Assembly: GCA_015061915.1 (NCBI GenBank)
Contig: SUVR01000005.1
Location: 101,596-165,595, forward strand
Length of the DNA stretch: 64,000 nt
Direction of reading: 5' to 3'
From: Lentisphaerota bacterium
GTDB lineage: Bacteria; Verrucomicrobiota; Lentisphaeria; Victivallales; UBA1829
Part shown: positions 1 through 8,972 of the stretch, one piece after another
How positions within the stretch are numbered: the stretch's first letter is position 1
Layout: every line of letters begins with the position of its first letter
Program-made: the position numbers and the translations under genes
The notes under the pieces: model-generated
What the model saw: only the letters and a program-made list of their open reading frames with translations
Told to the model about the DNA's origin: nothing
Database searches by the model: none

Positions 1-285
1 CTTGCGTTTCAGGTCCAGGATCTGCCGTTTGAAACCGGTGGTCTTTTCCATCGTTTCATAGCTGTCCCAGTGATCGTAAAAGGTGGGTTCATGCACGATC
101 AGGAGATTTGCGCCCCACGCTGCCGCCTGCCGGATCACGTCCGGGGTGGGGAACATGGTGACGGCGATTTTTGTCAGTTCCTGTTCCGGATCTCCGGCTT
201 TGATGGTATCGCACGTTACCTCGTAGTGGCTGGCGTCGTTATCGGTCCAATCGTAAAGTTCCTGCATAAAATCTTTGATTTTCAT
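1..285 (-). CDS. Nif3-like (DUF34/YbgI family) protein, first 95 codons; gene continues past the left edge
   Basis: Own minus-strand translation from ATG (285-283), open to nt 1: MKIKDFMQELYDWTDNDASHYEVTCDTIKAGDPEQELTKIAVTMFPTPDVIRQAAAWGANLLIVHEPTFYDHWDSYETMEKTTGFKRQILDLKRK. The block GANLLIVHEPTFY parallels the YbgI/NIF3 block GADAVIVHHGYFW. Not in the ORF track because there is no stop in the window. Confidence 0.5.
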   Translation of the reverse strand, partial: MKIKDFMQELYDWTDNDASHYEVTCDTIKAGDPEQELTKIAVTMFPTPDVIRQAAAWGANLLIVHEPTFYDHWDSYETMEKTTGFKRQILDLKRK

Positions 286-356
286 ATTCGTTTCTCCTGT
301 GGTTTGGTCTTTGAGTCAAATATAAATTACTTTTTTCAAATTGCAAATGTTTCAAC

Positions 357-385
357 TTGTAAATGACGGGGAAATATGATATATT
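357..385 (+). promoter_or_regulatory. Candidate sigma-70 promoter for leuCD
   Basis: TTGTAA (357-362), 17-nt spacer, TATATT (380-385) preceded by TGa (extended -10). Lies in an AT-rich divergent intergenic region. A purine-rich GAAAGGAAAA sits just upstream of the ATG at 419. Confidence 0.3.
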
Positions 386-418
386 ATACAAAAAACAAGA
401 AGAAAGGAAAATCCTGAA

Positions 419-1705
419 ATGGGTAAAACAGCTGCACAAAAAATTTTTGATGCGCACCGGATCGATACTCCGGCTCCGGGCGTGTCCGTATTGAAACTGG
501 ATCGCGTGTTCTGCCACGAGATCACCACCCCCATCGCCATCAACGACCTGATCGCCCGCGGCAAGGACCGTGTTTTTGACTGCTCCTGCATCAAGGCGGT
601 CATCGACCACGTGACCCCGGCGAAAGACTCCAAGACTGCCGAACAGGGCAAGACCCTGCGTGACTGGGCGCACCGTCAGAACATCAAAGACTTCTTTGAT
701 ATTGGTCGTAACGGTGTCTGCCACGCCATCTTCCCGGAAAAAGGCTTTGTCCGCCCCGGTTTCACGGTCATTATGGGTGACTCCCACACCTGCACTCACG
801 GTGCGTTCGGTGCCTTTGCGGCGGGTGTCGGTACCACGGACCTGGAAGTGGGCATCCTCAAGGGCGTTGTCTCCATGCGTGAACCGGAAACGATCCGCAT
901 TAACGTGAACGGTGACCTGCGGGAAGGCGTTTATGCCAAGGACCTGATCCTGACCATCATCAAGACCCTGACCGTGAACGGCGCTACGGATAAAGTCATT
1001 GAGTTCGCCGGTTCCACCATCAGTGCCATGGATATGGATTCCCGTATGACCCTCTCCAATATGGCGATCGAAGCCGGTGCAACCTGCGGGATCTGCCTGC
1101 CGGATGAAAAAACGGTGGACTATCTCTGGGAATTCATCTCCGGTGAATTTGAAAGCAAAGAAGCCGCCCTCGCCGAGTACAGCAAATGGCTCCCGGATGC
1201 TGACGCGGAATATGTCAAGGTTCTGGAAATCAACGCCGCTGAACTGGAACCGGTGGTGACCTTCAACTACAAGCCGGATCAGGTGAAGACCGTCCGGGAA
1301 ATGACTGGCACGAAAGTGGATCAGGTCTATATCGGCAGCTGTACCAACGGCAGAATCAATGACCTGCGTGCGGCGGCAGAAGTGCTGAAAGGCAAAAAGA
1401 TCAGCCCCAATGTGCGGGCGATCGTCTCTCCCGCCACGCCCAAGATCTTCTCTCAGGCACTGGCGGAAGGTCTGATCCAGATCTTTATGGATGCGGGCTT
1501 CTGCGTTACCAACCCCACTTGCGGGGCGTGTCTCGGCATGAGCAACGGCGTTCTCGCCAACGGGGAAGTGTGTGCTTCCACCACCAACCGGAACTTTAAC
1601 GGCAGAATGGGCAAAGGCGGCATGGTCCACCTGATGAGTCCCGCCACTGCAGCCGCCACCGCCATCGCCGGTGAAATTGCCAACTCCCCCCTCTTCAAGG
1701 GCTGA
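419..1705 (+). CDS. leuC: 3-isopropylmalate (or homoaconitate) dehydratase large subunit, short type-2 form
   Basis: 428-aa ORF with aconitase-family motifs GDSHTCTHGAFGAFA, IGSCTNGR and CGACLGM (Fe-S cysteines). The small-subunit gene follows after 16 nt. Confidence 0.9.
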   Translation: MGKTAAQKIFDAHRIDTPAPGVSVLKLDRVFCHEITTPIAINDLIARGKDRVFDCSCIKAVIDHVTPAKDSKTAEQGKTLRDWAHRQNIKDFFDIGRNGVCHAIFPEKGFVRPGFTVIMGDSHTCTHGAFGAFAAGVGTTDLEVGILKGVVSMREPETIRINVNGDLREGVYAKDLILTIIKTLTVNGATDKVIEFAGSTISAMDMDSRMTLSNMAIEAGATCGICLPDEKTVDYLWEFISGEFESKEAALAEYSKWLPDADAEYVKVLEINAAELEPVVTFNYKPDQVKTVREMTGTKVDQVYIGSCTNGRINDLRAAAEVLKGKKISPNVRAIVSPATPKIFSQALAEGLIQIFMDAGFCVTNPTCGACLGMSNGVLANGEVCASTTNRNFNGRMGKGGMVHLMSPATAAATAIAGEIANSPLFKG

Positions 1706-1721
1706 AAACGAGGTAAGAATT

Positions 1722-2246
1722 ATGAAAAATCTGCAGGGAAAAGTTCTCTTTCTTGACCGGTCTGACATCAATACGGATGAGATCATACCGGCAAAATATC
1801 TGACCGAAAGCACCAAAATCGCTCTGAAGCCCTACTGTCTGGAAGACCTGATTCTGGAAGGCTTCGATCCGAAAAAGGACATTGACGGCAAAAGCGTGAT
1901 CGTGACCCGCGCCAACTTCGGTTGCGGTTCCTCCCGCGAACACGCTCCGTGGGTGCTGGAATGTAACGGGATCAATCTGGTTGTGGCGGAAAACTTCGCC
2001 CGTATCTTCCGTCAGAATATGTTTAACTGCGGTATGGCGGCAATCAGCCTTTCCAGTGCTGAAATCGACGAGATTTTCAAGACGTTCAGCGGCTCGGAAA
2101 CCGATTGCTGTGCCGATATCGAAGCAAAAACCCTGACTTTCAGCAACGGGAAAGATACGAAAGTTTATCCCTTTGAAGCCAGTGCATTTGACCTGGAACT
2201 GGTCCGTGCCGGCGGCTGGGTCGATTACGCCGACCAGAAATATTGA
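1722..2246 (+). CDS. leuD: 3-isopropylmalate dehydratase small subunit
   Basis: MKNLQGKVLFLDRSDINTDEIIPAKYL... with the GCGSSREHAPW motif. I chose the ATG at 1722 (after AGGTAAGA) rather than the track start at 1671, which overlaps the leuC 3' end. Confidence 0.9.
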   Translation: MKNLQGKVLFLDRSDINTDEIIPAKYLTESTKIALKPYCLEDLILEGFDPKKDIDGKSVIVTRANFGCGSSREHAPWVLECNGINLVVAENFARIFRQNMFNCGMAAISLSSAEIDEIFKTFSGSETDCCADIEAKTLTFSNGKDTKVYPFEASAFDLELVRAGGWVDYADQKY

Positions 2247-2315
2247 GCGTAAAATATTTTGCAGTGGGGAAGCCCTGAAAACGTTTCCCCTTGCAAATGA
2301 AATATCTCTCCCGGA

Positions 2316-3053
2316 TCATTTCTTTCTGAAAAAGGGATCGTATGCGCTGTCGTCTTCGGAAAGATAGCCCAGACTTTTCTCGTTCTGACCGCCGCTCTTT
2401 TTCATTTCCCGGGACTCGCAGTGACCATCCACAAAGACAGCGTTCGCCAGCTCCTGATGCCGGAAGTCGGCATATCCTCCGGTGCCGGAGGATGGCTGAT
2501 TCAGAAATGAGGTCGGTCCCACTTCATCGGCACTCCACATAACGCCCGCATCTGCGGCGATCACCACTTTCCCGGGACGGTTTACCTTGACCGTTTTGAC
2601 GAACCGGAACGCCGGTGGAAAGTCTCTGTGGCTGGCGAAGGAGAGCATATAGTTGTAGCCGTATCCGGCGAATTTCGGAGCATATTCCTTTTTCCGGAAC
2701 TTCTTTTGGGCGGCGGGACAGGAAAAAACTTCTGTATTGTTTGCGTCTCCGGCCTCGTGAACACTGCGGGAAAGGAAACCGCCTTCCTTGTAGTTGCTTG
2801 CGCTGTCCCATTGACAGAAGGTTTCGTCCCAGGCGGGACAGAAGATGCCCTCATTATTGTCCGCATATTGCAGGTGCATCAGTCCCACTTGCCGCAGATT
2901 GGAAAAACAAAGTGCCTTTTCACCGGATCCCTTCACTTGAAAGACGGCAGAGCCGATCATCGTGGCAAGGGCGGCGATAATGGCAATGACCACCAGCATT
3001 TCGATCAGCGTGAATTCTGAATGTTTCCGATGTTTTGTTTTTTGCTTCATCAT
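2316..3053 (-). CDS. Prepilin-type N-terminal cleavage/methylation protein with DUF1559 (H-X9-DG) domain
   Basis: N-terminus HSEFTLIEMLVVIAIIAALA matches the class III signal / N-methylation motif. Near the C-terminus HQELANAVFVDG is an exact H-X9-DG box. Confidence 0.85.
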   Translation of the reverse strand: MMKQKTKHRKHSEFTLIEMLVVIAIIAALATMIGSAVFQVKGSGEKALCFSNLRQVGLMHLQYADNNEGIFCPAWDETFCQWDSASNYKEGGFLSRSVHEAGDANNTEVFSCPAAQKKFRKKEYAPKFAGYGYNYMLSFASHRDFPPAFRFVKTVKVNRPGKVVIAADAGVMWSADEVGPTSFLNQPSSGTGGYADFRHQELANAVFVDGHCESREMKKSGGQNEKSLGYLSEDDSAYDPFFRKK

Positions 3054-3274
3054 CCGTACTCTGTTTTCCCGGCACAGGATAACAAAGCACGGCAGAAAAC
3101 GGAAACACCGGTTTTCTGCTGACTCCCATCTTGTGTTACGGGCACAATTCCGGCAGTGCCGGAGGGATCTTGACCGGAGCGGGGATCTGGCTTGCCGTTG
3201 CTCAACGGCTCACAGTTGCTCGACAGTCCGTGAATCTCACACGGTTCACCCGTCATCCGGTCGTATTTTTTTTC

Positions 3275-4459
3275 TTACTTGTTTTTGATCTCGTTTACAA
3301 AGTCACCGATCCGCTTCAATGCTTCCCGGATCCCTTCCATACTGGTGGCGTAGGAACAGCGGATATACCCGCTGCCGCACTCGCCGAACGCATCGCCGGG
3401 GACGACTGCCACATTTTTGCGTTTCAGCAGTTCCACTGCAAACTCCTGAGAAGTCATACCGGTGGATGTGATGTTCGGGAATACATAAAACGCACCGTTC
3501 GGCGTCAGGCAGGGCAGTCCGATCTCATTGAAGCCCTTGACGATCACATTGCGGCGTTCCAGATATTCCTGACGCATGGATGCCATTGCATTGCAACCAT
3601 TTTTCAATGCTTCTTCCGCCGCATCCTGTGCGGTCACGGAGGCGCAGAGCATAGTGTACTGATGGATCTTCATCATGGCGTCGATGACCTTCTGCGGACC
3701 GCAGGCGTAACCGATCCGGAACCCGGTCATTGCGAAGGCTTTGGAGAAGCCGTGGAGCAGCACGGTCCGTTCCCTCATTCCGGGGAAGGTGGCGATGCAG
3801 GGGGTGCGTTCGCCATAGGTCAGCTCCGAGTAGATGTCATCTGCAATGACCAGCAGATCGTATTTGCAGGCGATTTCAGCAATACGCCTGGTCTGTTCAT
3901 ACGTCAGCACGGCGCCTGTGGGATTGCAGGGGAAGTTCAGCAGGATCGCCTTGGTGCGGGGCGTGATGGCTTTTTCCAGATCGTCCGGATCCAATGCAAA
4001 CGCATTCTTTTCATAGGTATTCACACTGACCGGGACGCCGTGTGCCATACGGATCTCCGGCACATAGGAAACGTAGCAGGGTTCATGAAAAATGATTTCA
4101 TCGCCGGGGGCAGTAATGGCGCGGATCACCAGGTCCAGCGCTTCACTGACACCGACTGTGATCAGACACTCGCTTTTGGGATCGTATTCCACCGCATAGT
4201 CCCGCGCCAGATAGTCGCAGACTGCCTTGCGCAGAGAGAGGGTTCCCAGATTGCTGGTGTAGCTGGTTCTGCCCTTTTCCAGAGAGAAAAGCGCACTTTC
4301 ACGGATCGTCCACGGCGTTACGAAGTCCGGTTCCCCCACGCTCAGGGAGATCACGTCCTTCATGGTGCTGACGATATCGAAAAACTTGCGGATCCCGCTT
4401 TTGGGCAGGATGTCGATATGTTCTGAAACGAAATTACGGGGTGACTTGCAGTCGCTCAT
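3275..4459 (-). CDS. PLP-dependent aminotransferase, class I/II (AlaT/AspC-like)
   Basis: 394 aa with PLP-lysine block SKAFAMTGFRIGY and NPTGAV. Typical length. Its 5' end overlaps the upstream Lrp-family gene by 26 nt. Confidence 0.9.
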   Translation of the reverse strand: MSDCKSPRNFVSEHIDILPKSGIRKFFDIVSTMKDVISLSVGEPDFVTPWTIRESALFSLEKGRTSYTSNLGTLSLRKAVCDYLARDYAVEYDPKSECLITVGVSEALDLVIRAITAPGDEIIFHEPCYVSYVPEIRMAHGVPVSVNTYEKNAFALDPDDLEKAITPRTKAILLNFPCNPTGAVLTYEQTRRIAEIACKYDLLVIADDIYSELTYGERTPCIATFPGMRERTVLLHGFSKAFAMTGFRIGYACGPQKVIDAMMKIHQYTMLCASVTAQDAAEEALKNGCNAMASMRQEYLERRNVIVKGFNEIGLPCLTPNGAFYVFPNITSTGMTSQEFAVELLKRKNVAVVPGDAFGECGSGYIRCSYATSMEGIREALKRIGDFVNEIKNK

Positions 4460-4931
4460 TGGTCTCTTCCTCTTCGTAGAGTTTGCCGGATTCTTTGTAC
4501 TTCTTCAACAGAAAATGGGTCGCGGTGCTGAGAACACCGTCGATCGTTGCCAGTTTACTGGAAACGAACATTGCCACATCATTGAGCGTGGCGCCCCGGA
4601 CTTCCGCCATCAGGTCGAACCCGCCGGACATCAGATACAGGCTGGTGACCTGGGGGAACTTGCTCAGACGGCGTGCGATGCGGTCGAATCCGCCTTCCCG
4701 TTCCGGTCTGATTTTGATTTCAATGATCGCTTTGACTGCCGCTTCCGGCAGTACGGATTCATCGATCAGGGCGCAATAGCCCACGATTTCATTGGCTTCT
4801 TCCAGTTCGGTAATGGCAGCTGCCACTTTTTCCGGTGTAGTTTCCAGCCGATCCGCCATATCTTCCAGCGGGCGGCGGGCGTTTTCCGCCAGAAGGCGGA
4901 GCAGATTTTTCTTGAAGTCAGGGTTCAGCAT
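4434..4931 (-). CDS. Lrp/AsnC family transcriptional regulator
   Basis: 165 aa. N-terminal HTH (ARRPLEDMADRLETTPEKVAAAITELEE) followed by a C-terminal RAM-like ligand domain. Confidence 0.85.
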   Translation of the reverse strand: MLNPDFKKNLLRLLAENARRPLEDMADRLETTPEKVAAAITELEEANEIVGYCALIDESVLPEAAVKAIIEIKIRPEREGGFDRIARRLSKFPQVTSLYLMSGGFDLMAEVRGATLNDVAMFVSSKLATIDGVLSTATHFLLKKYKESGKLYEEEETNERLQVTP

Positions 4932-4949
4932 TGTATCATCTCCGTTTTC

Positions 4950-5798
4950 TTATTGGACACCGCAGGGACCGCGCAAGTAGTCCAGATTTGATTTGATTCG
5001 TTCTTCCACCGGCTGAACCGTGGAGAAATCTTCCAGCATCAGCCAGCCGTTATAGTTTGCTTTCTTCAGCTCTGCGATCACGGCAGGCCAGTTGACCTCA
5101 CCAAAGGCGAGGGGGGTATTGTCGCACTGCCACAGCAGAGAACCGTCTTTCAGATTCACCGGACGGGTCGCACGGTTTTTGACGTGGACTTCCGCCAGAT
5201 AGGGACCGGCAGCATTGATCGCATAATGGTAACGCTCTCTGCCTTCTTCCACCTGATTGCCCGGATCCCACATGATCCCAACATACTCCGGATCAAGCCC
5301 TTCCAGAACCTGGACCGCAGTCGTGACGGTGGGGGTCAGCAGCCCCATATGGGTTTCGATCAGGGCTTTGACTTTGTAACGTTTGGAGATTTGTTCCACT
5401 TTGGCAAACTGTTCCCGGTTTTCCCGGATCTGCTGGGCAAAAGAGACTTCCGGATTATAACCGGCGGTGTTGATACGGGCAGCCGTTGCGCCCACCGCAT
5501 TGGCGGCTTTGAATACATTTTCCACCGTTTCCAGATCGAAACAGCTGGTGTAGGCGCCCAGAGACGGCATCTCCACACCCAGTTTTTCTGCAGCGTTGCG
5601 CAGCGTGGGAGCACATTCCATCAGAACATCCGGTGTCATACTGGTACGGTTACCGCTCCAGAACGAGGGCTTTTCCCGGTCGCCTTTATCCAGCGTCACG
5701 CGCCATTCGAGACCGTCATATCCGATTGCTGCAGCAACTTCCAGTGCACGCACCGGTTCAAATTCAGGAATACTGACTGTAAAAATACCGATTTTCAT
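4950..5798 (-). CDS. Sugar phosphate isomerase/epimerase (xylose isomerase-like TIM barrel)
   Basis: 282 aa. MKIGIFTVS...AAAIGYDGLEW..., ...ALIETHMG..., ...EVHVKN..., ...WLMLEDF pattern typical of the AP_endonuc_2 TIM-barrel family. Confidence 0.75.
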   Translation of the reverse strand: MKIGIFTVSIPEFEPVRALEVAAAIGYDGLEWRVTLDKGDREKPSFWSGNRTSMTPDVLMECAPTLRNAAEKLGVEMPSLGAYTSCFDLETVENVFKAANAVGATAARINTAGYNPEVSFAQQIRENREQFAKVEQISKRYKVKALIETHMGLLTPTVTTAVQVLEGLDPEYVGIMWDPGNQVEEGRERYHYAINAAGPYLAEVHVKNRATRPVNLKDGSLLWQCDNTPLAFGEVNWPAVIAELKKANYNGWLMLEDFSTVQPVEERIKSNLDYLRGPCGVQ

Positions 5799-5821
5799 AG
5801 AACAAACTGCTCCTTTCCCAA

Positions 5822-6514
5822 TCAGTGTTTCGGTTTAATGGTGAGGATAAAGCCCAGTGCCAGACTGAGAAATGCACTCATCAGGATCCGGTAGTCCGGC
5901 GGCAGACAGAACGTAATGGTGTGTGCCGGGACCCAGAAAACGATGATCGATTTGGGCAGGAAAGAACCCCAGGTGTGAGCATCCAGCCCTTTGATGAACT
6001 CTGTACCGCCGATAAAACGCTTGTTCTTGATGCAGCTGTTGAACCATTCGTGGGAGAGCATCATGGGATAGCAGAAGATGATGTTCAGCCAGAAAGAGGT
6101 GCTGAACGCAAAAATCAGCGTGTTCCAGCAGTTGTCAACCTTGAAGGGCCAGACCGCAGTGCCGGAAAGTGCGTTGATCCCCTGGGCAAACAGAGCAAAG
6201 ACCAGCGTGAAGAGCATACCGTAAAGACCCCAGACAACAAACTTCAGAAAGAGATCGTCCGTCTTGTAACTGCCGGTGCGTCCACGGGTCTTGATCATTT
6301 CGCCGAAGGTTGCCAGAATGGCGACTTTCAGAAAGCCGGAGATGTAGGGAAATTTGTTGACAAGATTACCGAAGTTCTTGAGCCCGGTCAGATCTGCCGA
6401 GCAGGAACCGGCAATGTCGATCCCGCACCAGCCGCAGGCACCGAAGGGGAAGAAAAAGACCAGGGCTGCAAGAAAAATGAAAAACAGAATGGCGAAAATG
6501 TCAGCAGTTTTCAT
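5822..6514 (-). CDS. Integral membrane protein of unknown function (about 6 TM, Cys-rich N-terminus)
   Basis: 230 aa and hydrophobic throughout. N-terminal ACGWCGIDIAGSC cluster. First gene of the minus-strand unit 6514-3275, preceded by an AT-rich intergenic region. Confidence 0.6.
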   Translation of the reverse strand: MKTADIFAILFFIFLAALVFFFPFGACGWCGIDIAGSCSADLTGLKNFGNLVNKFPYISGFLKVAILATFGEMIKTRGRTGSYKTDDLFLKFVVWGLYGMLFTLVFALFAQGINALSGTAVWPFKVDNCWNTLIFAFSTSFWLNIIFCYPMMLSHEWFNSCIKNKRFIGGTEFIKGLDAHTWGSFLPKSIIVFWVPAHTITFCLPPDYRILMSAFLSLALGFILTIKPKH

Positions 6515-6706
6515 ACCGGCAAATATCCTTTCAATTTGTGTTTGTAAAAAAAGATCTATTCATATAAAATAACACAGTTTTTTTAAAAGAACAAACTCAA
6601 ATCAGCAGAAAAATCAAAAAAAGGAGAATTTTAACTTGATTTTTTCCGATTTCAGTTTACTTTTACTTCACAAATACAGTGAAAACCGGAGAGGAGGACA
6701 ACTTTT

Positions 6707-6961
6707 ATGGATACAATAAAAATGATCAAAATACTGTTGCTGTGTATCGCAGTGCCGTTCGTGATCGCATTTTTTATTTTCGTCATTCTGCCGTTTCTGA
6801 TCGTGTTCCTGCTGGTTGGTGCCATCTTTGCACCCCATCGGATCCGCGGAACATTTCAACAGTTCCGGAAAAGACCGGCATCGCAGCAGAAGCCGGACGA
6901 CGGCAATATTGATGTGGAATGTACCGTTCTGGAATCGAAAGAGATCAGCAGCGATTCATGA
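6707..6961 (+). CDS. Small membrane protein, unknown function
   Basis: 84 aa with two hydrophobic helices (ILLLCIAVPFVIAFFIFVILPFLIVFLLVGAIF). AGGAGGA Shine-Dalgarno sequence lies ~10 nt upstream. Its stop overlaps the next start (ATGA at 6958-6961). Confidence 0.45.
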   Translation: MDTIKMIKILLLCIAVPFVIAFFIFVILPFLIVFLLVGAIFAPHRIRGTFQQFRKRPASQQKPDDGNIDVECTVLESKEISSDS

Positions 6962-7350
6962 ATATTCCTCTCGAAAATCTTGACCGGTCACGACTACTTC
7001 AACTCTGGGACCGGTCTTTTCTGAATTATACACCCGGAGCCCCCGACCGATGGATCGATCCGGAACAGGAATATGACGGCTTTTTTGACGATCCACGCAT
7101 CGCCGTTCCGATCCTGATGAAATTGGATGACAGAGACCGGCAACAGGCATATGTGGAGTATTTCGCCGCCGTGTGGCGTCAGCATTTCGCCGGAGAATAT
7201 GAATGTCTTGAAGCCGTTTTACCTCTGCTTGAAATGGCAACGGCACAGTGGCTGGACCGGACCGGTGATCTAACAGCACTCCTGCAGGCAGTAAAATGTA
7301 CGCTCGCAGCTGCACCACGCACAGAACAGGGCGGGTCGCGTCAGCGGTGA
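6958..7350 (+). CDS. Hypothetical soluble protein
   Basis: 130 aa from the ATG at 6958 (MNIPLENLDRSRLLQLW...). The track ORF starts at 6919, but the ATGA overlap with the preceding gene favours 6958. No motif recognised. Confidence 0.45.
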   Translation: MNIPLENLDRSRLLQLWDRSFLNYTPGAPDRWIDPEQEYDGFFDDPRIAVPILMKLDDRDRQQAYVEYFAAVWRQHFAGEYECLEAVLPLLEMATAQWLDRTGDLTALLQAVKCTLAAAPRTEQGGSRQR

Positions 7351-7469
7351 GCCGCTGACATACGAAAAAAGCGGCAGAGTGCGCGGAAAAAAACAGCGTA
7401 CTCCTGCCGCTTTTTTCGTATACGGACGGGGTGATCCCGTCCGTGCGACCCGCCCTGTTCGGTGCGTGG
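7315..7469. repeat. 25-nt imperfect inverted repeat (24/25) enclosing two inner hairpins
   Basis: CCACGCACAGAACAGGGCGGGTCGC (7315-7339) pairs with GCGACCCGCCCTGTTCGGTGCGTGG (7445-7469). The left arm lies inside the last codons of the 6958-7350 CDS. Confidence 0.8.
7360..7421. terminator. Bidirectional intrinsic terminator between convergent genes
   Basis: 18-bp perfect stem ATACGAAAAAAGCGGCAG (7360-7377) / CTGCCGCTTTTTTCGTAT (7404-7421). The GC-rich core is flanked by A6 on one side and T6 on the other. Confidence 0.7.
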
Positions 7470-7483
7470 TAGCGGCGGGGCAG

Positions 7484-8776
7484 TTATTTCGTTGGTCTCA
7501 TACGCGGATCCACGTATGCGTAAGCAATATCGGTCAGCAGATTGATCGCTACGAAGAGAAAGGAGCTGAGGATCACGAGTGCTTTCAGCATTTGCAAGTC
7601 GGCATCATGCAGGGCGTTGATCCCGGCGCTGCCCAGACCGGGGATCCCGAAGAAGCTTTCCAGCAGCAGACTGCCGGTGAAGAGGAACGGAAGGATCCCG
7701 GAGGCGCGGGTGATGATGGGGATCATGGAGTTGCGCAGCAGATGTTTACCGTACACCATTACCGGGGATGCCCCTTTTGCCACGGCGGTCCGCAGGTATT
7801 CCCGGTTGATCTCGTTCAGAAACACGGTCCGGTAGAATCGTACGCCGCTGCCGGTGCCGCTGATGATCCCGATGATGACCGGCAGAACAAGATATTTTGC
7901 GCTGCCCCAGCCCCAGACGGGAAACCAGTTCCAGTAGTAACCGAGAAGCCATTGTCCGGCAATGATCAATGCCAGATAACTGATGCTCATCCCGGCGACA
8001 GAAAGAACAACGATCACCCTGTCGATCCAGGTGCCCCGCCACACGCAGGCGATCATTGCGAGGATGATCCCGAACAGCAGTTCTCCGAAAAAGATCGGCA
8101 GCATCAGCATAAGGGAGGGAAGCATTCCGCTCCAGAGTTTTTCCCGGATCGGTTCCCGGGTCGTCAGTGTTCTGCCGAAGTTGAAAAACTCCACATACGG
8201 TGCTGTACTTTTGAATGTAACGATCTCTTTCAGCGATGCCAGAAGCTGGCTGTCAAAAGGATCGTCGGACTCACGGCAGAAATTGACTTTTTTTACGGTC
8301 GCATTTCCCCGGATGCAAACGGTTCCTGTGTCCGTATCAATTTCCGTTTCACTGTTGCCGTCACACGGTGTCCCGTTGACGGTATATTGTCCCTCTGCTT
8401 CGATTTGCACCAGGCATCTTCTGCCATCCGGAGTAAAATTCTGGCGGAAAATGATTTCGCCGTCATCCTTCAGGATCATTCCCGTTTTATGCGCTGCCGT
8501 ATTCCCTCCGTATTTCACGGCATTGAATTCGGAACGCCCGCCGGTGAATGAGACATTGGTGTATGCCTCTGTTTTGCGCCATTTTCCGTAGAACATTGGA
8601 CGATCGCTTCCGAGACTCTGCCGGAGCTGTTCCACTTCTTCCGGCTTGGGATTTTTGCCGAGAAGCGTTGCCACCGGATCTCCGGCAGCCATCCGGAACA
8701 GAACAAAAGTCAGGATCAGTACCCCCAGCAGGATCAGCAGGGAGTAGGCGGTCCTTTTCAAAATAAAGCGCAACAT
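7484..8776 (-). CDS. ABC transporter permease, DppB/OppB-like, with enlarged first extracytoplasmic loop
   Basis: 430 aa. N-terminus MLRFILKRTAYSLLILLGVLILTFVLFRMAAGDP is the hallmark of OppB/DppB permeases. C-terminal half carries an EAA-like region (REYLRTAVAKGAS). Confidence 0.85.
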   Translation of the reverse strand: MLRFILKRTAYSLLILLGVLILTFVLFRMAAGDPVATLLGKNPKPEEVEQLRQSLGSDRPMFYGKWRKTEAYTNVSFTGGRSEFNAVKYGGNTAAHKTGMILKDDGEIIFRQNFTPDGRRCLVQIEAEGQYTVNGTPCDGNSETEIDTDTGTVCIRGNATVKKVNFCRESDDPFDSQLLASLKEIVTFKSTAPYVEFFNFGRTLTTREPIREKLWSGMLPSLMLMLPIFFGELLFGIILAMIACVWRGTWIDRVIVVLSVAGMSISYLALIIAGQWLLGYYWNWFPVWGWGSAKYLVLPVIIGIISGTGSGVRFYRTVFLNEINREYLRTAVAKGASPVMVYGKHLLRNSMIPIITRASGILPFLFTGSLLLESFFGIPGLGSAGINALHDADLQMLKALVILSSFLFVAINLLTDIAYAYVDPRMRPTK

Positions 8777-8972
8777 AAAATCCGATCAATCCGGTCTGGT
8801 TAATATCATGTTTTTCAGTCTTGTCCCTGAAAGATACAACCACGGGTAAAAAAATCAAGTCTTTTTCCGGATTTTTTCTTGAATATCCGGCGATTTGGCG
8901 TTAAATTACAGAAATACCGGAATTTGGTTTGTATTAAAGTGTAGAATATAAGATAAACAGAAAGGCAAAAAC

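Noticed and set aside
1671-1721. Upstream in-frame start for leuD (track ORF 1671-2246); similar long N-terminal extensions at 10776 (ispF), 25160 (neuA), 32268 (NUDIX) and 59997 (MutT-like)
   Set aside because: The extensions overlap the preceding gene or a terminator and encode non-homologous leader sequence. The internal Met matches the conserved family N-terminus and has better RBS or coupling context.
239-1816. 525-aa minus-strand ORF; similarly 3131-4426(+), 7379-8551(+), 9576-10958(-), 24943-26097(+), 42347-43390(-), 55757-57472(+) and 63198-63863(-)
   Set aside because: Each lies antisense to a gene with strong family motifs (leuC, aminotransferase, permease, PpiD-like, neuB, U32-like, OPT-like, MacA-like). 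They are treated as shadow ORFs.
3092-3119. 9-bp-stem hairpin GCAGAAAAC..GTTTTCTGC between the aminotransferase and the prepilin-like gene, as a possible terminator
   Set aside because: No clear U-tract follows it on the minus (transcribed) strand. It is left unannotated as an uncertain structure.
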